A DNA stretch of 64,000 bases from Candidatus Poribacteria bacterium (GCA_965215015.1 OZ244042.1:2016001-2080000); one strand, 5' to 3'. Positions 19,953-30,303 are shown, counted from the first letter of the stretch. The notes: a model not told the origin generated them from the sequence alone. Numbers and translations are program-made.

Positions 19953-21260
19953 ATGCAAGTTGTAGATGTAGAACGCATAATCGTTGATGTGCCATTTACC
20001 CCACGGCAGCAAAAGATTACTGCACGGGAGGTATACAACTGGGCGGTTCTGGAACTGTGCAAGGTAACTACAGATACAGGACATGTCGGCTGGGGCGAAA
20101 CTGTGATCCACTACACTTGGGCGCGAGTGACAGACGATGCGGTCGAAAGGGTAAAGGGACAAAGTCCCGCAAAATTGATGAACGATGATTCTCTCGGCGC
20201 GGGCTTACAGATGGCGTTGTTTGATGTGGTCGGCAAGGTCTTGGGGGTGCCGGCTTACGAGTTGATGGGCACACAGGAGCGCGACTGGGTTCCTATCTCT
20301 TGGTGGTGTATTGATGCTTCCCCTGAAGACTGGGCGGCCGAGGCTGCGGCTGCGGTGACAAAGGGTTACACCAGCATCAAGCTCAAGCCCCGACCTTGGT
20401 GGGACATCGTTGCACAGGTCGAGGCCATCGCCCAAATGGTGCCACCGCACTTCAAGCTGGATCTTGACGCTAACGGCACGTGGCAGAATGCGGCCGCCGC
20501 AATTCTCATCATCAAAAAACTGGAAAAATATACCAATGTGGCCATGTTTGAGACACCCATCCCGCAGAACGATGTGCTTGGAAATATGCAGATTCGGAGT
20601 GTGATTAATCGGCCGATTGCGATGCACTTCGGGACGCCGCCCTACATTACCAATATCCGCGAAGGGGTTTGTGATGGATATGTTATCTGTACCGGGAAGT
20701 CTGGTGCCATCCAACAAGGAACTTTAAGTGCTGAGGCGCAGATGCCCTTCTGGCTGCAATTAGTGGGCAATGGACTGACCACGACTTGGGCTGCCCATCT
20801 AGGCTCGATTTTAACCCACGCCACTTGGCCCGCTATTACCTGCATAAATCTCTATAGCCACCAGTTATTAAAAAAGGAGATTGAGGTTGTCGGCGGGTAT
20901 CACAAGGTGCCAGAGGGGCCAGGGCTAGGCGTTGAGGTTGACGAAGAGGCAGTTGAGAAGTATCGGGTACCCCAAGATACACTCGAAGAATTCAAGAGAA
21001 ACGGTGAAATCTATGACCGACCAAAACCACGTATTATTAACACCATTGTATACCCGGATGGCAGTTGTATTCACATGGGTTACAGTAGTCAGGGATATGG
21101 CTACTTCAATGCGGGACATGGACCCGCGTATGTAGAAGGCGTGCGTTTAGAAGCGCAGCCGGACGATGGATCCAAAGCGTGGTTGGATCTGTTTGAGCGG
21201 GCTCAGCAGCATCCAGTACGAGATCGTTGGGATGGGAAATTAAAGTCAGAACTCATCTAA
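19953..21260 (+). CDS. mandelate racemase/muconate lactonizing enzyme family protein
   Basis: GWGE, ALFDVVGK, KLK, LDAN, FETP, PEGPGLGVEVD. Confidence 0.85.
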   Translation: MQVVDVERIIVDVPFTPRQQKITAREVYNWAVLELCKVTTDTGHVGWGETVIHYTWARVTDDAVERVKGQSPAKLMNDDSLGAGLQMALFDVVGKVLGVPAYELMGTQERDWVPISWWCIDASPEDWAAEAAAAVTKGYTSIKLKPRPWWDIVAQVEAIAQMVPPHFKLDLDANGTWQNAAAAILIIKKLEKYTNVAMFETPIPQNDVLGNMQIRSVINRPIAMHFGTPPYITNIREGVCDGYVICTGKSGAIQQGTLSAEAQMPFWLQLVGNGLTTTWAAHLGSILTHATWPAITCINLYSHQLLKKEIEVVGGYHKVPEGPGLGVEVDEEAVEKYRVPQDTLEEFKRNGEIYDRPKPRIINTIVYPDGSCIHMGYSSQGYGYFNAGHGPAYVEGVRLEAQPDDGSKAWLDLFERAQQHPVRDRWDGKLKSELI

Positions 21261-21530
21261 AAAGAGAGTGCAAAGATACCCGGAACATCGCGCAACCGTC
21301 TTGGCCCAATTCACCAAACACCGGAGTCCAACGCGATTGGTATTTGCCCCCGAGTTCTTTTTCACCAAACTCAGGGGCTGTTGCACCATTTCTTAACATC
21401 AGCGAAAATCAGAACTTGTGCAGTGGATATAAAGTATCGTCCTGTACGGGCCAGGGGACCGCGCTCCTACGTAGCATATCAAAAAAAGAAATTAAACACC
21501 CTCGTGGCGCGGATTGCAATTGTTATGTGC

Positions 21531-21558
21531 GTAGGGAACGCAGATCTGCGTTCCCTAC
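21531..21558. repeat. perfect 28-bp GTAG...CTAC palindrome (REP-like), followed by a family C right end at 21601-21612
   Basis: GTAGGGAACGCAGATCTGCGTTCCCTAC is its own reverse complement. Confidence 0.8.
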
Positions 21559-21645
21559 TCATACGCAGCACGAAATAGGAACGATTTTCGCAAGTGAAGG
21601 GCGTAAGTCCTAAAAACATAGAAATAGGATTCTGGATTGGAGGTT

Positions 21646-22329
21646 ATGAAAATGAGCTATGAAGTGGTTGAATCCAAGTTTGTCGCAACCGAGGAGCAAG
21701 GTGAGGTCTCATCGCTGCTGATTCGTCCTGACGATGCGCGGTGGCTGCTGGTGCTAGGGCATGGTGCCGGCACGCATATGCGGCACACAACCCTTCAAAC
21801 CATTGCTGAACGATTGGCGGACGTTGGCATCGCCACATTCCGTTACAACTTCCCTTATGCGGAACGAGGTGGTGGTCGAAACGCAAACGCTGTCTGTCAG
21901 GAGACCGTCCGTTCCGCAGTCACGGCGGCGCACACAGCGGCGAACGATCTATCGATTCTCGTTGGTGGACACTCCTTCAGCGGACGAATGTCATCAATAG
22001 CTGCCGCAGAGGCACCGTTAAAGCATGTGCGGGGCTTGGTGTTTTTCGCCTTTCCTTTGCATCCGTCTGGGAAGCCGTCGGTGGAACGTGCAGCACACCT
22101 GAGCGATGTCACGATACCAATGCTCTTCCTATCTGGCACACGTGACAAATTGGGTGAACTTGACCTGCTACAACCTACCTGCAATCAGATTGGTGATAAA
22201 GCAACGTTGCATCTTTTGGACACCGCTGACCACGGATTTAAGATTCTCAAACGCTCTCGCAACACCGACGAAGATGTGTTCGTGGAGATGGCGCGGGTTA
22301 TCAATGAATGGGTATCAGCGATGGATTGA
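21646..22329 (+). CDS. alpha/beta hydrolase (KANL3/Tex30-like)
   Basis: LGHGAG, GGHSFSGR nucleophile elbow, FPLHP, GTRD, ADH. Confidence 0.85.
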   Translation: MKMSYEVVESKFVATEEQGEVSSLLIRPDDARWLLVLGHGAGTHMRHTTLQTIAERLADVGIATFRYNFPYAERGGGRNANAVCQETVRSAVTAAHTAANDLSILVGGHSFSGRMSSIAAAEAPLKHVRGLVFFAFPLHPSGKPSVERAAHLSDVTIPMLFLSGTRDKLGELDLLQPTCNQIGDKATLHLLDTADHGFKILKRSRNTDEDVFVEMARVINEWVSAMD

Positions 22330-22341
22330 GTCCAATTGTGT

Positions 22342-23163
22342 TTATCGACCATGAACTGATTGTAAATCCAACCGCTGGTCAACGTTATCCGAGACTGCGT
22401 TAGTCCACTCTACATCGTCAAGGTTTTGCAGGCTCATCAGCGCGACATCAACGAGTGGATTGGAGAGGACATAATTCAGTAGAAAACTGTCCAGATCGAT
22501 TCCCTCCATCTGGGTTGGGAAACACCGCTGCATCAGATTTTGGAAGGCGTTGCTTGTCGTCGAGCGCATCAACACAACCCCCATGTCTTGGGCCTCTGCC
22601 TCCGGTATGGTCCCGCGATTGCCGAAGATGTCGCATGTGCTCTGATACATGAGGTTGTAGTGAATCTGAATCATGTCGAATTCACCGGACGCGACCATTC
22701 GCTCGATGCCCCCTGACGGCCCATCTGCCGAGAATCCAATAAAACGGATTTTCCCTTGGTCTCGCAACTGCTGATAAGTTTCCAACCCGCCCTGCTCTAG
22801 GATAAGATTCGCATCGTGCCCCTGATGCCAGCCGCCGTGAAACTGCAAGACATCGATCACGTCTGTCTGCAGACGTATCAGGCTTCCTTCTACATCGGCA
22901 AGGATGCCCTGCGGATCGAAAGCTTCTGTTTTGGTCGCTAGAACAAGCCCAGCCTTACGCCCCTGAATCGCCTTCCCTATAACGGTTTCACTGAAACCGC
23001 TCCCGTAGGTCGGTGCCGTGTCGATGTAGTTGAGGCCCATGTCGAAGGCGTGGTGGAGCATCTGAATGAGGGTTTGTGCGTCTTGATCGGGGCGCACACG
23101 CCCGCCACCGTAGCCAATCTCCGAAACGCGCAGCTGGGTGCGACCTAATGTTCGATACTGCAT
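22342..23163 (-). CDS. aldo/keto reductase
   Basis: YRTLGRT, IDTAPTYG, LATK, SLIRLQTDVID, GKIRFIG. Confidence 0.9.
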   Translation of the reverse strand: MQYRTLGRTQLRVSEIGYGGGRVRPDQDAQTLIQMLHHAFDMGLNYIDTAPTYGSGFSETVIGKAIQGRKAGLVLATKTEAFDPQGILADVEGSLIRLQTDVIDVLQFHGGWHQGHDANLILEQGGLETYQQLRDQGKIRFIGFSADGPSGGIERMVASGEFDMIQIHYNLMYQSTCDIFGNRGTIPEAEAQDMGVVLMRSTTSNAFQNLMQRCFPTQMEGIDLDSFLLNYVLSNPLVDVALMSLQNLDDVEWTNAVSDNVDQRLDLQSVHGR

Positions 23164-23278
23164 GGTGAAATCCTTTCGCCTTTGATACAATTACGGAGGT
23201 AATATAAAACCCAAGTCGCTCGGTATTGAAAATCCAGCGGTTTCTGTTAAAGTTGACGGTCTCTACCTTAATACCTTA

Positions 23279-23425
23279 TAGGAGTTACGCCCTTGAGTTT
23301 GTCGTAACGCCATTCAACCCGAATCAAATAGACCATAAATCGCCCAACCTACCTTCCCCCTTCCCTCCGTTTGCAAGGGGTGGGGGTTCTTAGAGGGGTT
23401 ACGGCACGCGGGAGCGTGCCTGTCG
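23279..23425. mobile_element. family C end with REP-like hairpins
   Basis: TAGGAGTTACGCCCTTGAGTTTG...CATTCAACCC is the reverse complement of 10580-10621 and homologous to 39111-39180. Confidence 0.65.
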
Positions 23426-23447
23426 CTCCAAGTGTATCCTGCCCCGA

Positions 23448-25109
23448 CTAAAAGTCAAACTCAATCTCCACCAACCGGTTCTCACGCGCGGCAGTCTCAC
23501 ATCCCTCAATACACTGGATAGGTCCTTTCGCCCATTCCGGCGTAATCAGTAAGGGTTGACTGGCGAGCAGATGATCTGAGACGTTCTTGTAATATGTCTG
23601 CCAACCCCGGTTGGTCACCGTTGGATAACTGGAAACCATTTCGCGCCCATCCTCCATGACAGAGGTCACGGTTGTTTCGCCTTGGAAATTCTGCACCACA
23701 ATAGAGCCGTGTGTGCCGACTACGGTCCAGAGCGGTTTCTCAGCTGCGTGTAAATTCGACTGGATAAGCTGCGCTTCCAAACCGCTATCGAATCGCACAT
23801 ACGCCCGGCAGAAATCTTCAACGGAACTGGCTTGCCAATGCCGTTTGAGGAAATTACCGTACAGCGTTGCACGTTTATTGATGCGATTTCCGTTTCGGTC
23901 GTGTTGAGGGACCAGTTGCAGGATCTTCTCAAATTGATGTGCACCCATATCGTACAACAGGCCGCCCGAAATCTCCTTATGGTCTCGCCACATCTGCCCG
24001 GGTGCGCCGTAGCCGACCATGTTACACTCAATCGAATATATCTGTCCAATTATACCCGATTCAACAGCATCACAGAGGGTGAGGATATCCGGATCCCAGT
24101 GTCGATTATGGTAAACCGAAAGCATGACATCCTTTTCGCGTGCGAGCGCAATCAGTTCGTCCGCTTCGGAGACATGGACGACAAACGGTTTTTCGGTGAT
24201 GGTGTGCAGCCCCGCTTCCAAGAGAATCTTCGCAACCGGGGCGTGATAGACATGCGGCACAATTACAATGCCCAGATCAATTTGACCGCTTTCTGCCATC
24301 TCTCGGGCGTCAGTGAAGGTGGCAATCGTTTCCCCTTGCTCCTCCTTCGCAGCACCGAGGCGTTCAGGATCTCTATCGCATACAGCCGCCAACTCAAATC
24401 CGTGGGTCTGTGCAATCATACCGGCGTGATGATTGCCCATATTAAACAGCGGACCGTAGCCCACCAGACCGATGCGGATCGGTGGGTTATCCTTCAGGTT
24501 GGTCACATAGCGGAGCCCCTTGAGCAATTGATCTTGAAAGTCCGGATGACCAAAAGCGCGGTCATCGTGTCCAAGCGCGGTATAAAATACCTTCCCCTCA
24601 CCATAGTCTCGCACATAGCCGAGCGGATATTTTTGGAGTCGCCACGCACCGTATTGAAAATAACGCAAGGGTGCTTCTGTCCGAACCTTCATCTGATAAC
24701 ACTCATCTACGATACGGAACTCCTTGTTGAGGCGCGGTAGGATATCGTCAATCCCGTCTTCCGTTGTCACTTCAAATGGTGCTAACGGGTCGTGTTGGAG
24801 GAACTCCGTGCCGATGAGTTCAATGTAATCATCATACTGTCCGAGTCCGGCGTTGGCACCGTGCACTGCAACCAATCCACCGCCCCCTCTGACATACTCG
24901 GTTAACCCACCCTCAACCTCTGGTGTAATTTCTCCACCGCCGATATATAGCGCGACTGCATCGAACGCAGAGGGATCCGTCAACCGGTTGCGGTCATCGC
25001 TAACCTCCACTTCAAACTGCCCCCCATCTTCAACCAGCGGCTTAAACATCTCCGCAAACGCACTAAAAGGGGGATGCGGACCATTAATAATCAATAAGAC
25101 TTTCTTCAA
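23448..25109 (-). CDS. ThuA-like domain fused to Gfo/Idh/MocA oxidoreductase
   Basis: GGGLVAVH, GKVFYTALGH (ThuA) followed by GLVGYG, EKP, HNRHWD, GGLLYDMGAH; TTG start inferred. Confidence 0.88.
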   Translation of the reverse strand: MKKVLLIINGPHPPFSAFAEMFKPLVEDGGQFEVEVSDDRNRLTDPSAFDAVALYIGGGEITPEVEGGLTEYVRGGGGLVAVHGANAGLGQYDDYIELIGTEFLQHDPLAPFEVTTEDGIDDILPRLNKEFRIVDECYQMKVRTEAPLRYFQYGAWRLQKYPLGYVRDYGEGKVFYTALGHDDRAFGHPDFQDQLLKGLRYVTNLKDNPPIRIGLVGYGPLFNMGNHHAGMIAQTHGFELAAVCDRDPERLGAAKEEQGETIATFTDAREMAESGQIDLGIVIVPHVYHAPVAKILLEAGLHTITEKPFVVHVSEADELIALAREKDVMLSVYHNRHWDPDILTLCDAVESGIIGQIYSIECNMVGYGAPGQMWRDHKEISGGLLYDMGAHQFEKILQLVPQHDRNGNRINKRATLYGNFLKRHWQASSVEDFCRAYVRFDSGLEAQLIQSNLHAAEKPLWTVVGTHGSIVVQNFQGETTVTSVMEDGREMVSSYPTVTNRGWQTYYKNVSDHLLASQPLLITPEWAKGPIQCIEGCETAARENRLVEIEFDF

Positions 25110-25170
25110 GTTGCCCTCCAAAAAAGACTACGGTTGCCAAGATAATTGACGAATTGCCCCGAAAATCCTG

Positions 25171-25998
25171 TTAATACACCCAAGCGTCCTCTGTGAGTTC
25201 ACCTGAATAGATGATTCGGGCATCCCCCTCCAGATAGACATTTTCCGGACTGCCATTAACTAGGTCAAAATGGATGGTTAGCACCGAGCCGCTGGCGGTC
25301 CGCACGGCAACCGGGGACTCAACCTTTCCTAGCGCGGCAGAGACAATCGCAGCCGCAATCGAACCTGTGCCACAGGCGAGTGTTTCATCTTCGACCCCGC
25401 GTTCATACGTGCGAATGTCAATCGCTTGAGAATCTTTGACACGCACGAAATTAGCATTTGTGCCCGCAGGTTTGAAGTCGTCGTGGTAGCGCGTCTGCCT
25501 GCCAAGCCCCAACACATCCGTTCCCTCCAAATCTTCAGCGAAAAAGAGGACATGGGGGACACCACTGTTAGCGAAAGAGATGTTGTGGACACCATTTTCC
25601 AACTGGAGCGGAAAACTCAGTCGAATGTCCGTTGGATCGCTCATCCGGACCTTGACATCGGTGCCGACAATTTCGGATTCGTAGATGCCTGCTTGGGTCT
25701 CAAAGGACATCTGCTTGGAAACGATGCCGTTAATATAGGCGAACCTGGAGATACAACGCGCACCATTGCCACAGGTCTCCGCCTCACTGCCATCCGCATT
25801 GAAGTAGCGCATTCGGAAATCCGCTTTATCTGTATTTTCGACGAGCAGCACACCATCCGCGCCGGCAGACATTCGGCGTTGGCAAACCTTTTCGACAAAA
25901 TCGGTATTTTCGTATTGGACAACGCCTTCGCGGTTATCGATAATAACGAAGTCGTTGCCTGCACCGCTCAGTTTCATGAAGGGTACTTTTTCAGCCAT
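25171..25998 (-). CDS. dapF: diaminopimelate epimerase
   Basis: GAGNDF, ETCGNGARC, GVPH, RTYERGVEDETLACGTG. Confidence 0.97.
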   Translation of the reverse strand: MAEKVPFMKLSGAGNDFVIIDNREGVVQYENTDFVEKVCQRRMSAGADGVLLVENTDKADFRMRYFNADGSEAETCGNGARCISRFAYINGIVSKQMSFETQAGIYESEIVGTDVKVRMSDPTDIRLSFPLQLENGVHNISFANSGVPHVLFFAEDLEGTDVLGLGRQTRYHDDFKPAGTNANFVRVKDSQAIDIRTYERGVEDETLACGTGSIAAAIVSAALGKVESPVAVRTASGSVLTIHFDLVNGSPENVYLEGDARIIYSGELTEDAWVY

Positions 25999-26204
25999 AT
26001 CGGTTCTCCTTTTCTTAATATCGAGTTATTGTATCACATCTGTCATCTATCCACCACCATCTAACAAGGTTAAATTGACGACTGGGCCGACATCAACACT
26101 CTAATTGCTCTGCAACTTTCAGGTAGGAGATGAGGAATGGTTTATAGAGGTAGGACCTACAAAGTGGGAAGAGTAGAGGGGTGATATTTACCTCTGGTGC
26201 TATT

Positions 26205-26555
26205 TTAGAGATTAAATTGTGCGATAGATAAAGGGGCGAAGCCATCGTCATCAACCGGTAAGCTATCCCACTGCAGCCACATATTAAACAACGCTATTGT
26301 GAAGGCAAATCGTGTCTTGAAATAAGCCCAACACTGAGGCGCGACTTTCTTCAAATGGCACACACCTGTCAACATGGATAAAAGAGGCTCTATCAGCATC
26401 CGAGCGTTCCATTCACCGCATTGGCACACCCGCAAGTTGGAAACAAACCCATTCACTTTGGCAAAATCGGCATCGGCAAAAACAACCATCTTCCCACTGA
26501 CACCTCCAACAAGATGTTGGAAGCAACTGCCATCGCACTCTGATGATTTTCTCAA
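26205..26555 (-). pseudogene. DDE transposase C-terminal remnant (IS982/IS4-like)
   Basis: ADADF...GEWNARMLIEPLLSMLTGVCHLKK...RFAFTIALFN resembles a DDE_Tnp_1-type C-terminus (R..IE motif); N-terminus missing. Confidence 0.6.
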
Positions 26556-26672
26556 GATTTGGGTCGGGAGTGTTTGCTAGTTGGGCTAGGACAGTGCTGG
26601 CCCAGCAAATGAATATGATAAAGCTGCACATGCAGCAATGTGCAAAAGTCGTGTAACTTTTTACCCTCCAAT

Positions 26673-27557
26673 TTATTGATAAATCCCTGCCGCCATATAT
26701 CCAACTACCTGATCCTGCCGCCCGATGGAGACATCTCCAGAGTTCGCAGCTTTCAGGACCTCAATCCGATTCCCGCCCAACGCTTTCGCCGCTCTCATTG
26801 TCGTATAGATTGCGCCGGTGCTGCACATCATACAGTGAAGATTCCGGGCAAGACGGTGCTGCATGTATCCATCCAGCTGCTCGCGCAAGTAATCGGGGTC
26901 AAAGTGCCCAATTGCTTCAATGACGACCTGATCGGATTTTCGCGCTTCCTCGTAGACCGGATAATGGCAGAGATCGGTGCTGCCAATCAACAGACAGGAT
27001 CGATTGCCCAGAGCTTCTGCAATCGCCTGACTCAAGGGAATGACATTTTCCGGGGAGTCATCCTGCAACAAGATAGTAACGATACGGAAATCGGAGAGGA
27101 GGTATTGTAGAAATGGCAACTGCACTTCAAGGCTATGCTCGTTTGCATGCGCCGATGGGAGGTCGAGGATGTCGCCGTTCAGGCGCATAATCTCAGCCGC
27201 AAGGTCTTCATCGATGTGGATATCTCCAAGCGGCGTACGGAACGCACCGCGTGCGTAAATCGCTGCACCCTCGATTGGGTAGCGATGGCTTAACCCGACA
27301 AGCACTACCGTGTCGAAGGACTGCCCCATCAACTGTTTGTACGCATATCCCGCAACATGACCAGAATAGATGTAGCCGGCATGGGGCGCGATGAGTCCGA
27401 TGAGTTTGCCTCCAGTTCCCTTTAACGCCGAATCATTGATGAATTTTCCCACCTGCGCGGATAGAACTTTCGGCGAATCCGAATAGAAACTGCCAGCCAC
27501 AGCAGGAAAGCGAACGGTCTCAGTCTGTGTATCTCGCTTTTTCCAACTGATACCCAT
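26673..27557 (-). CDS. amrB: AmmeMemoRadiSam system protein B (MEMO1 family)
   Basis: PAVAGSFY, PHAGYIYSG, EHSLEVQLPFLQ, STDLCHY, NSGD, VVGY. Confidence 0.92.
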   Translation of the reverse strand: MGISWKKRDTQTETVRFPAVAGSFYSDSPKVLSAQVGKFINDSALKGTGGKLIGLIAPHAGYIYSGHVAGYAYKQLMGQSFDTVVLVGLSHRYPIEGAAIYARGAFRTPLGDIHIDEDLAAEIMRLNGDILDLPSAHANEHSLEVQLPFLQYLLSDFRIVTILLQDDSPENVIPLSQAIAEALGNRSCLLIGSTDLCHYPVYEEARKSDQVVIEAIGHFDPDYLREQLDGYMQHRLARNLHCMMCSTGAIYTTMRAAKALGGNRIEVLKAANSGDVSIGRQDQVVGYMAAGIYQ

Positions 27558-27635
27558 CTTCCCTCCGTTGCAGGAACTGAGAGCACGAAAGGACAGAAAT
27601 AAATAGAAACACAATATTTAGCTCTTCCTTTTCTT

Positions 27636-28028
27636 CTATTCACTCTCCGGCTTCGTCTCTTCCGATGGTATTTCACTCGTTGATTCTGAGGTTTCCGGTG
27701 TCGGAGGAGGTGGAGGATTATTCGCCATCCGTATATAAGCCATCCGGAGGTTGTATAAAGTATTATCCAACAGATTGCTTTCGGGTACTGTTAGGTTGCC
27801 CGTTGTTTTCTCTTTGAGGAGATCAATCGTGTCAATTGTCCGCTTTGCCATTTCCAGATCTATCAACGCCTCTTTTGTCTCCGGATTTTGAAATCCACCA
27901 AGGTAAGCAAACGCAGTTGTCCCAAGCTCTGCAATGAAGGCGGAAAAATCGACAGGCGGTAATTGAGGTCTTTCTTGTTCGGTTGATTGGGAGCTGTCTG
28001 AAGTCGATCCCTTTGATGCTTCTGCCAT
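27636..28028 (-). CDS. DUF1844 family protein
   Basis: LPPVDF, DLEMAKRTIDTIDLLKEKTTGNL..E..LL...LY.LRM. Confidence 0.85.
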   Translation of the reverse strand: MAEASKGSTSDSSQSTEQERPQLPPVDFSAFIAELGTTAFAYLGGFQNPETKEALIDLEMAKRTIDTIDLLKEKTTGNLTVPESNLLDNTLYNLRMAYIRMANNPPPPPTPETSESTSEIPSEETKPESE

Positions 28029-28069
28029 CGACGCACCTCCTTATCACTATATTGTAGATATAAATTAGG

Positions 28070-28222
28070 TGAGGAGTGCTCATAAATAGGACCCGATGTG
28101 TCTACCCTTCCAAACGGGTACGGGTTGGGGCTCGCTACCTGTTAAGCTTAGTTCCCAAGCCCCCACGATTGGCCATTTGCCTGAATCGAGGGATGACACG
28201 CCTTGATAATGAGCACCCCTCA
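28070..28222. mobile_element. MITE-like element, family B (TGAGGGGTGCTCATAA ... TTATGAGCACCCCTCA)
   Basis: Inverted ends; inverted homologue of 45847-46013 including the REP cargo. Confidence 0.75.
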
Positions 28223-28350
28223 AATAGGTGGTGTACTTGATCGCTCGAGGCATATCTGCTACACCTGAAGTGTAGGAGCAAAGAGGGAGTTACGTTTCAG
28301 TCCTGGCGGTAGTCATAGCACACCGAGGATATAGTGATAGTAAATATTGC

Positions 28351-28719
28351 TTATTCATCAAAGATAATGATTTGTGCAGGTAGCGATCCAGCTTGATTGT
28401 TGTGTTCTGGATTTTCATTCATTGCAAGAAAAATTACGCCCTCAGCCGGTGCAGCGTTGTCGTACCGTGACCCGACAGCAAATACCATATCGTCAATTTG
28501 TGCGATTAATGCACCAACGTTGGCACCGGGCATCAGGAAACCCTCTTCAGCGGGTAGATTGGCGATACCATCCGCACCACACCAACAGATGCGATTCTGT
28601 GTATCCGGGGACCACGCCCCTTGTGCTTCAATGACCATGCGTTGTCCTTTTTTAACGCGAACGTATGTCTCTTGCCAGACCGGACTCGGACGGGCTGTGT
28701 GGATAATGGTTAATGCCAT
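28351..28719 (-). CDS. small beta-sandwich protein, LecA/PA-IL-like
   Basis: WQETYVRVKKGQ...AQGAW...GALIAQI...GVIFLAMNE pattern; family assignment from recall. Confidence 0.55.
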   Translation of the reverse strand: MALTIIHTARPSPVWQETYVRVKKGQRMVIEAQGAWSPDTQNRICWCGADGIANLPAEEGFLMPGANVGALIAQIDDMVFAVGSRYDNAAPAEGVIFLAMNENPEHNNQAGSLPAQIIIFDE

Positions 28720-28834
28720 AAACAATCCTTTCTTTGAATAAATTAGGTTTCAAAAAGAAATGATGAAAATGCAAATGAGCAAGAAAGACAGGCGATACCC
28801 TGTTTTCATTGCTCATTTGCACCATCGCTTAATT

Positions 28835-29437
28835 TTAACCTTTTTCACGAATCTTGACCGCCATGATCTGGTCCCCGACTGCGATGCTGTCGATCACCTC
28901 CAACCCTTTCGTAACCTTCCCAAATAGGGTGTAATCGCTGTCTAAAATAATCGTGTCGAGACAGATGAAGAATTGAGCGGCATCTGCTACAGTGGCCCCC
29001 GGTGCCTTTGCCATAGCGAGAATCCCTCTCACCGGTTGGTGGTCACTCGTCTCAATCGCTATCGTGTCTTCGATGGGAAAACGCGATCCGGCTTGAATCA
29101 GCTTTCCGGACTCAACGCGATGGAATTTCCCATGGTTATAATATTCCAACCGCGCATTCTTTAGAAAGTTTTCTACGGTTTTGGGCGCAACGTCCGCGAA
29201 AAACTCGACCTCAATTGCCCCCTTGTCTGTCTCAATGACAGCCATCGCGTTGTGGATGTCAATTTTTGATTTCGCTGCTTGCATCGTGTCAGCCGATACT
29301 GTCGGACGCGCCTTCGGCTTTGGTGGACCCTTCTGTTCCTGTGAACAGCTGACAAGGTATACGGTAAACAATGCTGCGAGGAGCATCACAGTAAAACGTT
29401 CAATGTAGCTTCGTCGGTTTTTATTCTGAAGTAACAT
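28835..29437 (-). CDS. cyclophilin-type peptidyl-prolyl isomerase, probable lipoprotein
   Basis: LVSC lipobox-like, APKTVENF, FHRV, LAMAK, QFFIC, YTLFGKV. Confidence 0.85.
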   Translation of the reverse strand: MLLQNKNRRSYIERFTVMLLAALFTVYLVSCSQEQKGPPKPKARPTVSADTMQAAKSKIDIHNAMAVIETDKGAIEVEFFADVAPKTVENFLKNARLEYYNHGKFHRVESGKLIQAGSRFPIEDTIAIETSDHQPVRGILAMAKAPGATVADAAQFFICLDTIILDSDYTLFGKVTKGLEVIDSIAVGDQIMAVKIREKG

Positions 29438-29996
29438 ATTTTGACTTCGCCTCCAATCGAACTTTTTTCATTACGTCGCCGACCCTCAACAGATCTACGA
29501 CCTCCATACCCTGAATAACTTGACCAAATGTTGTGTACCGGCCATCTAAATGCGGTTGTGCTTTTAGACATATATAAAACTGACTTCCTGCCGAGTTGGG
29601 GTTGCCTGTGTTTGCCATGGCAATTGTCCCTCGTTGATGCGGGAGCTGATTCGGGTGGGTGTGCTCATCAATGATGGTATATCCGGGTCCACCCGTTCCA
29701 TCCCCGTTCGGATCACCTCCCTGAATGATATTCAAACCTGGTTTATCCACTCTACGATGAAATGTGAGCCAATCGTAGAACTTTTTCTTAATTAGATTTC
29801 TAAAATTATCAACTGTGGCAGGTGCTGCGTCCGAATATAATTCAATGACAACTTTTCCTTTGTCTGTTGTTATCACAGCGACCTGCTCTTCTTCCATCAT
29901 TTTACCACCACCACTTGAGGCGGCACAACCAATCCAAGTGGATAGCGGAAATAGTATAGCAAGTACGGAAATGGTGAGCAGAATACGTTTTCGCAT
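29421..29996 (-). CDS. cyclophilin-type peptidyl-prolyl isomerase, probable lipoprotein
   Basis: WIGC lipobox-like, APATVDNF, FHR, IQGGDP, AMAN, GSQFYI, HLDGRYTTFG. Confidence 0.92.
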   Translation of the reverse strand: MRKRILLTISVLAILFPLSTWIGCAASSGGGKMMEEEQVAVITTDKGKVVIELYSDAAPATVDNFRNLIKKKFYDWLTFHRRVDKPGLNIIQGGDPNGDGTGGPGYTIIDEHTHPNQLPHQRGTIAMANTGNPNSAGSQFYICLKAQPHLDGRYTTFGQVIQGMEVVDLLRVGDVMKKVRLEAKSKYVTSE

Positions 29997-30208
29997 CACT
30001 ACCTCTTTCCTCATTGTTAGGGGCACTCTGTCTCAGCGTTCGCCGGAGCAAACGCTAATTGCATATAGACGTAGAGCAGACGTTCATCTGCACGGTCTCA
30101 GAAGGAACTCCGCACCAATTAAATCACATTGGGTGCTAGCATAGCAAAGATTAACAGAAAAGTCAAGATTTTCGTGAGATCAAGTAGGTTCATTGGGGCA
30201 TCAGTTCA

Positions 30209-30303
30209 GAGACTTTTGTAGGTCGATTTGCCAAAATCAACATTTCTTCCCAATGGTTACAGCGTTTGTCGAATTGGCGACAAACAAAATGTCAACACGC
30301 TCT
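30209..30303. mobile_element. family A partial element (right end)
   Basis: GAGACTTTTGTAGGTCGATTT matches 13449-13470; ...GAATTGGCGACAAACAAAATGTCAACACGC is the reverse-complement homologue of 38950-39000. Confidence 0.6.

Noticed and set aside
23832-24740. Long antisense ORFs (302 aa here; also 56281-57105, 38177-38839, 25426-26064)
   Set aside because: They are shadows of well-supported genes on the opposite strand
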